Shown piece by piece: positions 6,039 through 13,081 of a stretch of DNA of 15,277 nt. The notes under the pieces are model-generated. The model was given only the letters and a program-made list of their open reading frames with translations, did not search any database and was not told the DNA's origin. How positions within the stretch are numbered: position 1 is the stretch's first letter; each line of letters begins with the position of its first letter. The stretch spans positions 1 through 15,277 of the forward strand of contig JAYKHR010000018.1 in NCBI GenBank assembly GCA_035285125.1, in the 5' to 3' direction. Made by a program: the position numbers and the translations under genes. This DNA comes from Candidatus Sericytochromatia bacterium (GTDB lineage: Bacteria > Cyanobacteriota > Sericytochromatia > S15B-MN24 > JAQBPE01).

Positions 6039-8711
6039 ATGGCGGCCCGGATGACCGGTCTTCACCTGGTGCTCGCGGTCGCGTTGCTGACGGCGGCCTG
6101 CGCGGGCACGCCGAGCCAGGCCCCGCGGCCGCTCAGGCCCGCGACCGCCGGGGCGGGCGCCCCCGCAGACCCTGGGCGCGCCACACCCCCGCCCGACGCC
6201 ATGGGGGCCCAGGCCTCCCCCACGCCTGCCCCCTTGGCCGCCAGCACGCCTGCCCCAGCGGGCTCCCCCGAGCTGCCGCGGCCGTCGGCTGGCCCTGCCC
6301 CGCTGCCCACGGCGGCCGTGACCCTGGCCGGCAAGGCGCTCGCGCCTGCCACCCTCATCAGCGACCAGGGCGGCAGCCTCTTGGGGGATGGGGCAGGGCG
6401 CTACGGGCTGGCGCAGGCAGGGCTCACCCAGAGCCCCGTGGCGTTCGCGCGCGTGGCGCTGCTCGACGCCGCAGGCCAGCCCGTGCGCGGCCCGGACGGG
6501 GGCCCCCTCGTGACGGAGACCGATGCCCTGGGCGCCTACGCCTTCAGCGTGGCGATCCCGCCGCAGCACGTCGTCGTGACCGTCACCCCGAAGGGTGGCG
6601 CCGGGGCGCTCTCGCGCGTCGTCCCCGCCGGCGTGACGGCAGCGGACGTCGAGTATGCCTCGACCCTCGTGACCTCGTACGTGCTCGACCGCTTTGTCCG
6701 CGGCCAGCCCGACCCCCAGGCCACCCTCAACAAGCTGCCAGCCCCCGTCGAGGCGGAGACGGTCGCGATCGCCGCCCGCGCCGCCGCCGGAAGCCCGACG
6801 GCCGTCTCGCTGGCGACGGCCAGCCTGGTGTTGGCGGCCGACGCCCTTCGCCAGCGCGACACGGCCTTTGGCGCGCAGCTCGAGGTCGTGAAGAAGATCC
6901 TGATCTCGGCCGGCGTGTCGAACCTCGGGACGGGGCTGCCTGCCACCGAGGTCTACATGCGGCGGCTGTTCGCCAGCGAGGTGGCCAGCGACGGCACGCT
7001 CTACACCTACGCCAGCGACGACCACCTGGTCTGGCGGGTGGGTCCGGATGGCCGCCTCGGGATTGCCGCCGGGAACGGCGAGAGCCCGGCCCCGGGCCAG
7101 GAGCCCGTCGACCGCACGGGCCAGCGCGCCGGGGACGCCGCGCTGGAGCACCTGTGGGGCGTCTGGTGCGACGCCCAGGGGCGGCTCATCGTCCACGAGA
7201 ACGAGCACGGCATCTGGCGGCTGGAGCCTGACGGCACCATCCGGGCGCTGCACACCAAGGCGGCGCTGGAGGCCGCCTTCACGGGCGATTTCATGGACCG
7301 CGACGTGCACCTGCGGCCGGACGGCACCCTGGTCGCGATGTCCGGACAGGCGGTCTGGGCCCTGCCCCCGGGCGGCCCCCGCGTGAAGCTGGCAGACGCG
7401 GGCACGGCCCGGGCCGTGGGCGGCTTCGCCGAGCTGCCCGGAGGCCAGGGGTGGCTGACGCTCGCCTGGGGCGGGCTCACGGCGATCAGGCCCGGCCAAC
7501 CCAACGAGACGATCTTCGCGCAGGACGATGCGCGGCTCTCCAAGGCGTACGGGCAGGTCACGCTCGACCCGCAGGGCAACTTCTTCTACGTCGCAACGGC
7601 CGACAGCCAGCTCCACCAGCGCCGGCCGGACGGCACGGACGTCGCGCTGATGCCGGCCAGCGCCCTGACGCGCGGCCTCGCCTGGGCCCGACAGGGGCTG
7701 GACGGCGCCGTGTACCTCAGCGACTGCAACATGGGCGACAACCTCGGCACGGCCGTCGTGCGCCGCCTCGGCCCGGGCGGCGCGCGGACCCTCGTCGCCG
7801 GGGTGGACGGCCTGCCCAGAGGCTTCACGAGCGACGGCCGCATTCCGCTCGCCTACCCCAAGGGGCTGGACGTGGCGCCCGACGGCACGCTGTTCATCGC
7901 GGACAACGGCGCGCTGCTGCGGGTGCCCCCCGGGGGCGCGCCGGAGCTGCTCGCGGCCAGGGATACCGTGGTGGGCCTCTTGACCCCTGTGGCCTTCACG
8001 GGCGTGCGCCTGCTGCCCGACGGCCGCCTGGTGGCCCGCGGGCTCGCCCGGCAGCGGGAGCTGATCCTGCGCCAGGCCGCCCCCGGCGGGGCCTGGCAGG
8101 TGGTCTTCAGCGAGACGACGACGTGGGGCAACCCCTGGAACGTCTCCATGCACGCCTGGGACGTCGCCCCGGACGGCACGATCGTGGTGTCGCGGCACGT
8201 GTACAACACCACGGCAAACGCCATGGAGGTGCAGGTGTACCGCCTGAAGCCCGGCGAGGCGGAGGCCTCCGTGCTGGTGCCGGTGTCGGCGGGGCTGGAC
8301 GACATCGGCCGGCTGGTGTTCGCCCCGGACGGCACGCTGCACATGCGCGGGCGCAAGGACTGGGGTGACCCCGACAAGACGACGCACTTCATCGTCGCGA
8401 CGGACGGCACGCTGAGCGCGGCGCCAGCAGGGGTGCTGGCCGCCGAGGCGAAAGACGCGCAGGGGCGCCTGTACGAGGGCGACGCGTCCGGCTACGCGCT
8501 GGGGAACTACGGCGATCGCCGGATCCGGCGCCAGGCCCCGGGCCAAGCTGCCGAGGTGGTGGCGGGCGAGGGCACGGCCCTGCTGGGCGGGAGCACGCTC
8601 GACGACTCCATCGGCTGGGCCGAGGACCTGCGCTTCGACGCGGCCGGCAACCTCTACGTGCGGGACGTGCTGCGCCGCCAGGTGCGCCGCATCCCCCGCG
8701 AGCGGCTCTAG
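6039..8711 (+). CDS. Large lipoprotein with Pro-rich linker, unknown N-terminal domain and multi-blade NHL/SMP-30-like beta-propeller region
   Basis: Signal plus lipobox (LLTAA|C). About 15 blade motifs of type xDG[TR]L[YF]/xGNxY (SDGTLY, PQGNFFY, YPKGLDVAPDGTLFIADN, AEDLRFDAAGNLYVRD). TACAAT lies 6 nt before the ATG. Confidence 0.82.
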   Translation: MAARMTGLHLVLAVALLTAACAGTPSQAPRPLRPATAGAGAPADPGRATPPPDAMGAQASPTPAPLAASTPAPAGSPELPRPSAGPAPLPTAAVTLAGKALAPATLISDQGGSLLGDGAGRYGLAQAGLTQSPVAFARVALLDAAGQPVRGPDGGPLVTETDALGAYAFSVAIPPQHVVVTVTPKGGAGALSRVVPAGVTAADVEYASTLVTSYVLDRFVRGQPDPQATLNKLPAPVEAETVAIAARAAAGSPTAVSLATASLVLAADALRQRDTAFGAQLEVVKKILISAGVSNLGTGLPATEVYMRRLFASEVASDGTLYTYASDDHLVWRVGPDGRLGIAAGNGESPAPGQEPVDRTGQRAGDAALEHLWGVWCDAQGRLIVHENEHGIWRLEPDGTIRALHTKAALEAAFTGDFMDRDVHLRPDGTLVAMSGQAVWALPPGGPRVKLADAGTARAVGGFAELPGGQGWLTLAWGGLTAIRPGQPNETIFAQDDARLSKAYGQVTLDPQGNFFYVATADSQLHQRRPDGTDVALMPASALTRGLAWARQGLDGAVYLSDCNMGDNLGTAVVRRLGPGGARTLVAGVDGLPRGFTSDGRIPLAYPKGLDVAPDGTLFIADNGALLRVPPGGAPELLAARDTVVGLLTPVAFTGVRLLPDGRLVARGLARQRELILRQAAPGGAWQVVFSETTTWGNPWNVSMHAWDVAPDGTIVVSRHVYNTTANAMEVQVYRLKPGEAEASVLVPVSAGLDDIGRLVFAPDGTLHMRGRKDWGDPDKTTHFIVATDGTLSAAPAGVLAAEAKDAQGRLYEGDASGYALGNYGDRRIRRQAPGQAAEVVAGEGTALLGGSTLDDSIGWAEDLRFDAAGNLYVRDVLRRQVRRIPRERL

Positions 8712-8712
8712 C

Positions 8713-9768
8713 GTGCGGCGGCGCTGGCGCTGGGCGGGGGCCACGACGCTGGGCCTGGCCGGCGTGGGCTATGGCCTCGTCACGCACCTCGAGGCGCCCC
8801 CCCACGCGGGCCCGCCGAGCGACCACTTCGACGGCGAGCGCTTCGAGAACGTGCCGCCGATGCCGCCGCGCGACCCGGCGGGCGTCGCGCGCTGGCTCAC
8901 GGAGCCGCGCGAGGCCTGGCCAGAGTGGGTGGCGGCGCCCGCCGGACCAGCCCCACCCCGCCGGGTCACCACCGGCGTGCGCGTCACCCTCGTGAACCAC
9001 GCCACCCTGCTGATCCAGCTTGGGGGCCTGAACGTGCTCACGGACCCCATCTGGTCCGAGCGCGCGAGCCCCTTCGGCTGGCTGGGGCCTCGCCGCCACC
9101 GGGCCCCCGGCGTGCCGCTGGAGGCGCTGCCGCCCATCGACGCGGTGCTGATCAGCCACAACCACTACGACCACCTCGACGTCGCCACGCTGGCGCGGCT
9201 CATCGCGCGGGACCACCCGCGCGTGCTCGCGGGCCTCGGCACGGCCCGGCTGCTCGCCCGGGCCGGGCTCGACCCCCGGCAGGTGACGGACCTCGACTGG
9301 TGGCAGGCGCAGGCCCTCGGGCCCGCGACCATCACCTTCACGCCCGCCCAGCACTGGTCGTCGCGCAGCCTGACGGACCGCCGCCGGACGCTCTGGGGCT
9401 CGTTCCACCTTCGGGCAGGCGCGCAGGCGGCCTACTTCGCCGGCGACACGGGGCTCGGCCCCCACTTCGGCACCATCCGGGCCCGCCTCGGCGCCCCCGA
9501 CGTGGCGCTGCTGCCGATCGGGGCCTACGCGCCGCGCTGGATGATGCGGCCGCAGCACATGGACCCCACCGAGGCCGTGACGGCCCACCGGGCGCTCGGC
9601 GCCCGGCAGGCCGTGGCGATGCACTGGGGCACCTTCCGGCTCAGCAACGAGGGCATCGATGCCCCGCCCCGGGCCCTCGAAGCCGCGGCCCGGGCCGCGG
9701 GCCTGGCGCCGGCCGCGTTCCGCGTGCTGCAGGCGGGCGAGGCGCTGGCGGTGGCGCCGGTCCCCTGA
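8713..9768 (+). CDS. Metallo-beta-lactamase-fold hydrolase, NAPE-PLD/RomA-like
   Basis: SDHFDGERFEN, HATLLIQ, LTDPIWSERASP, metal motif SHNHYDHLD, QHWSSRS, YFAGDTG, PIGAYAPRW...HMDP.EAV and MHWGTF. N-terminus is basic then hydrophobic. GTG start is 1 nt after the upstream TAG. Confidence 0.92.
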   Translation: MRRRWRWAGATTLGLAGVGYGLVTHLEAPPHAGPPSDHFDGERFENVPPMPPRDPAGVARWLTEPREAWPEWVAAPAGPAPPRRVTTGVRVTLVNHATLLIQLGGLNVLTDPIWSERASPFGWLGPRRHRAPGVPLEALPPIDAVLISHNHYDHLDVATLARLIARDHPRVLAGLGTARLLARAGLDPRQVTDLDWWQAQALGPATITFTPAQHWSSRSLTDRRRTLWGSFHLRAGAQAAYFAGDTGLGPHFGTIRARLGAPDVALLPIGAYAPRWMMRPQHMDPTEAVTAHRALGARQAVAMHWGTFRLSNEGIDAPPRALEAAARAAGLAPAAFRVLQAGEALAVAPVP

Positions 9769-9775
9769 CGCGCCA

Positions 9776-9816
9776 GGCCCCGGCCACCGCGCCACGGGGG
9801 CGCGATCGCCGGGGCC
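9776..9816. terminator. GC-rich hairpin between convergent genes (possible bidirectional terminator)
   Basis: GGCCCCGGC...CGCGCC-loop-GGCGCG...GCCGGGGCC, with no clear U-tract. Confidence 0.4.
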
Positions 9817-9834
9817 GCGTCGCGGCAGCGGGCG

Positions 9835-10995
9835 CTACTTCGTGCGGGGCTGCGAACCGCTGGCCGCCGTCGCGGGCGGAGCTGGCGTGGCGGCAGGGGA
9901 CGTGCCGTCAGTCGCGCGGGGCGAGGAGACGCTGAGCACCGCCCCCCAGCCGCAGTGCTCGGCAAGGTCGAGGGCGCCGTCGCCGTTGAGGTCGAGGCTG
10001 CGGAACTCCCTGCGCATCGCGGCGTCGAACGGGGGCAGGCGGCGCGGGAAGCCCTCGGGGGCACCGATCATCGGCACCGGGCGGCCCATCATCCACTCCT
10101 GGAAGAGCAGCCGGCCGTCAGCGTCGGCGTCCAGCGCGTGGAAGGCCTCCTCGCAGGGGTCGACGGGCGGGGGGGGCGGGGCCACCTGCCCCAGGAACTC
10201 GTCGAGGCTCAGCAGGCCGTCCTGGCTGAGGTCGCGGGCCTGGAACTCGGCCACGCCGGGGTGCATGTCGGGCGGCATTGGCGCCATGCAGGCCACGGCG
10301 TAGCCCTTGGGCGTGCCGCTGGCGCTGGTCCCGGTCGTGGTCGGGACCGGCAGGCGATCGACCGGCATCGGGCGGAGGACGGGCTCGTCACACGTCGCGA
10401 ACGGGTAGCCGCCGAGGTACTCGTCGAGGTCGAGCTGCCCATCCTGGTTGCGATCGGCCCGGAAGAAGGCCTCGGCGCCGCACGCCGGGGCGGGGTCGCC
10501 GTCGATGAAGTCGATCACGGCCGTGACGTCGCCGGTGCCGGCACCCGGGGCGAGCTTCACCGCCAGGTTCATCACCGTGGTCTGGTTGGCCTGCACCTGG
10601 TCGACCTGCGTCGCCTGGCCGATGGTGTTGCCCTCGTCGTCGAAGGCCTGCACGAGGAACTCGATCTGGCCGACGGGGACCTTGTCGAACCCGATCTGCA
10701 CCAGCGGCACCCAGAGCTCGGCCCGCTCGAGGCGCCGGAGCTGCTTCTGCCCCCGGCCGTCGATGAGGATCAGCTCGACGGCGGCGATGTCGGAGCGCGT
10801 CGCGAGCGTCCGAAACACGGGCGTCGCGGGCTTGAGGCCAGGGAAGCTCACACGCACCGTGCCGGCCTTGAGGGCGGGCTTGACGACGGGCGGCTTCACG
10901 GGCGGCTTGACCACGGGGCCGGCGACGGTGGCGCAGCCAGGCAGCAGCACGGCAGCGGCGAGGGCGAGGGACAGGACGCGGGCAGACTGGAACAT
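9835..10995 (-). CDS. EF-hand calcium-binding lipoprotein with N-terminal beta-sandwich-like domain
   Basis: Lipobox LPG|C. Four canonical 12-residue loops: DRNQDGQLDLDE, DLSQDGLLSLDE, DADADGRLLFQE, DLNGDGALDLAE. AGGAGG RBS 7 nt upstream of the ATG. Confidence 0.87.
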   Translation of the reverse strand: MFQSARVLSLALAAAVLLPGCATVAGPVVKPPVKPPVVKPALKAGTVRVSFPGLKPATPVFRTLATRSDIAAVELILIDGRGQKQLRRLERAELWVPLVQIGFDKVPVGQIEFLVQAFDDEGNTIGQATQVDQVQANQTTVMNLAVKLAPGAGTGDVTAVIDFIDGDPAPACGAEAFFRADRNQDGQLDLDEYLGGYPFATCDEPVLRPMPVDRLPVPTTTGTSASGTPKGYAVACMAPMPPDMHPGVAEFQARDLSQDGLLSLDEFLGQVAPPPPPVDPCEEAFHALDADADGRLLFQEWMMGRPVPMIGAPEGFPRRLPPFDAAMRREFRSLDLNGDGALDLAEHCGWGAVLSVSSPRATDGTSPAATPAPPATAASGSQPRTK

Positions 10996-11031
10996 CGGGG
11001 GACCTCCTGGGGGCTCACTCAGTACACAACA

Positions 11032-11060
11032 ACGGTATACAAATTGTGGTTAATTGTCAA
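11032..11060 (-). promoter_or_regulatory. Sigma70-type promoter of the EF-hand lipoprotein gene
   Basis: Minus strand has a perfect TTGACA (11060-11055), a 17-nt spacer and TACCGT (11037-11032), upstream of RBS AGGAGG (11008-11003). Confidence 0.7.
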
Positions 11061-11290
11061 TCTTGTTTACCAACTCTGTGTACCAATGTATACGCGACTG
11101 GACGCGCCAGCTTGCGTAAAATCTTTGTTAAATCCCCAGAATCTCTGCCAAGAGACCTTCTCCGCCCTGATCGGCCAACGGGAACGGCTCCCACTCCCGC
11201 GCAAAAAGTTAATCAGAGGTTAAAACAGACCAAAGACCAGATGGTGTTGCGCTACGCTGACAGGGCCCCGTCCGACCAAGGAGCCTGGCC

Positions 11291-11740
11291 ATGACCCGTC
11301 ACCTCGTCCTCACGCTCGGCGCCGCGCTGGCGCTGACGGCCTGCACGCGCGCAGGCCTGCCCACCCCTGGCCCCCAGGCGCCCACGCTCCGCGCGCAGGC
11401 CCGCGCCGCGGCGGCCTGGACCACCAAGCTGCTCGTCAACGGGGAGCCCGCGTGGGACTACATGAGCGCCCGGGTCAACGAGACGTGGACCTTCACTGTC
11501 GAAGGCCCTCATATGTCCCAGATCCGCTGGGAGAGCGACGCCCGGATCAGTGGCGCCCCCAACCAGGCCACCATCCGCGTGACCTTCCCTGCGGGCCTGC
11601 GCATGTACGAGGTGCGCTGCACCGTGCGCAGCCAGCAGGGCGAGACCTCCCAGCACCGCGTCGGCGTGCTGATGCCCCCGCCGCCGACGCCGCTGCCCAC
11701 CCCGCCGCTGCCCCCGTTCCCGCTGCCCCCCCGCCCCTGA
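11291..11740 (+). CDS. Small lipoprotein with one beta-rich (PKD/Ig-like?) domain and a poly-Pro C-terminal tail
   Basis: Lipobox LTA|C, AAGGAG RBS, beta-strand pattern ETWTFTVEG...IRVTFPAGLRMYEVRCTVRS, and tail PPPPTPLPTPPLPPFPLPPRP. Confidence 0.72.
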   Translation: MTRHLVLTLGAALALTACTRAGLPTPGPQAPTLRAQARAAAAWTTKLLVNGEPAWDYMSARVNETWTFTVEGPHMSQIRWESDARISGAPNQATIRVTFPAGLRMYEVRCTVRSQQGETSQHRVGVLMPPPPTPLPTPPLPPFPLPPRP

Positions 11741-11804
11741 GGGCGGCGGGCCGGCGCAGTCCGCGCAGCAGCGCGAGGCCTGACCTCAACAGGCCAGCCA
11801 ATTC

Positions 11805-11844
11805 CGCTACAAGCCCGGGCGCCCCAGCGCCCGGGCTTGTAGCG
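11805..11844. repeat. Perfect 18-bp inverted repeat between convergent genes (terminator or REP-like)
   Basis: CGCTACAAGCCCGGGCGC-CCCA-GCGCCCGGGCTTGTAGCG. Confidence 0.75.
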
Positions 11845-11890
11845 ACGGGGCAAGGAGCCCGGCCACCAGCGCTGTCCCTGAACGCCGCTC

Positions 11891-13033
11891 TCAGTCGTCC
11901 CAGCGCGTGACGAGGGGCGTGCCCGGCGGCTCCACGCGAGGCAGCGGCGGGGCTGGCGGGCGGTAGCGCCTGGCCCGGAGCAGCGCCTGCCGCCTGGCCC
12001 GCGCCTGCTCGCGGGCCCGGGCCAGGCGCCCCGCGCGCGGCGAGGGCAGCCGCCCCTCGCCAGCCACCCGGCTCCCCACCTGGCGGCGCCGGGAAGAGAG
12101 CCCAGGGCCCGCCGCCGCTCCCGCGCCCGGGGCGCCCACACCCGCCAGGCGGCCCAGGACGGGGGGCGTGGCCCTGCTTCCCGCCAGCCGCTCCCGGCCA
12201 GGGAACCCCACGCCGCCCTCCGCCAGCAGCTTCCCCCCGGCAAGCCCCCCGCGGCCTTGCCGGGGGGCACCGCCATCACCCGGCCGCCGGGTGCCGCCTC
12301 GCGGGCCAGGGGCGGACGGCCGCGCGGCCACGGGGCCCCCGCGCGGCGAAGGCTGCCCGGGCCGAGGGCGCGCGGCCTGCTCAGGCCGCGGCGTCGCCCC
12401 GGGCGCGGGCCGCTGGGCCCTGGCAACCGGGCTGGCCACAGCCGGCGACGCCCCCCGGGGAGACCCCTCCACCAGCTGGCGCTGCGCCAGGCGCTCGGCC
12501 TCGGCCCACACGGCCCGCGTCGCAGGCGCAGGGGTGGCGGGCGCAGGCACGGGCGTGACGGCGAGGGTCGGCACCCCCGCCGGCGTCGGGACGGCGGCCT
12601 CGGGCACGGGCTCGGGCCCACCGCCGCCCCACCAGCCGAGCCACGCCCCGACCCCAATCACCAGGCAGGCCGCGATCACGCCCCACAGCCGCGCGTCGAG
12701 GGCTGCCAGCCGGCTGGAGAGGGTCGGCCGGGGCGGCTTGCGGACCACGGGCTGGGGCAGCTCGGGCCGGCGGTAGGCGACCCGCTCAGGGTCGTAGGTC
12801 CAGGGCCGCTGCTGCTGCTGCGCCGGCTCGGGAGGGGCCTCGAGCGGCGGCGCGTCCTCGCCGGCCTCCCGCGCCTGGGCGGCCCGGCGCTGCCGGTCGG
12901 CGATGGCGCGGCGCTTGTTGCGGCAGTCGCGGCAGAGGCCCTCCAGCTCGCACTGGTCGCAAATCGAGAGCTTGCAGCTCTCGCAGCTGCCCGTCGCGTC
13001 GTCGCGCGGGTGGAAGAAGCACTTCTGCGCCAC
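11891..13033 (-). CDS. B-box-like zinc-finger single-pass membrane protein with long Pro/Arg/Gly-rich disordered tail
   Basis: N-terminal C-x2-H-x8-C-x2-C-x4-C-x2-C-x5-C-x2-C, short charged helix, and TM segment LWGVIAACLVIGVGAWLGWW. GGGAGG RBS precedes the GTG. The C-terminal half is low-complexity and less certain. Confidence 0.72.
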   Translation of the reverse strand: MAQKCFFHPRDDATGSCESCKLSICDQCELEGLCRDCRNKRRAIADRQRRAAQAREAGEDAPPLEAPPEPAQQQQRPWTYDPERVAYRRPELPQPVVRKPPRPTLSSRLAALDARLWGVIAACLVIGVGAWLGWWGGGGPEPVPEAAVPTPAGVPTLAVTPVPAPATPAPATRAVWAEAERLAQRQLVEGSPRGASPAVASPVARAQRPAPGATPRPEQAARPRPGQPSPRGGPVAARPSAPGPRGGTRRPGDGGAPRQGRGGLAGGKLLAEGGVGFPGRERLAGSRATPPVLGRLAGVGAPGAGAAAGPGLSSRRRQVGSRVAGEGRLPSPRAGRLARAREQARARRQALLRARRYRPPAPPLPRVEPPGTPLVTRWDD

Positions 13034-13081
13034 GGGGCCTCCCTCGCGGACATGATTCCCCGGCGGCAGGCGGGGGTCACC

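Noticed and set aside
4539..8744. 1401-aa minus-strand ORF
   Set aside because: Antisense shadow of the carboxypeptidase and NHL lipoprotein genes, with no recognisable motifs or RBS.
11046..11294. 82-aa ORF in the AT-rich spacer
   Set aside because: Atypical codon usage and no RBS. The region is better explained as divergent promoters and operators.
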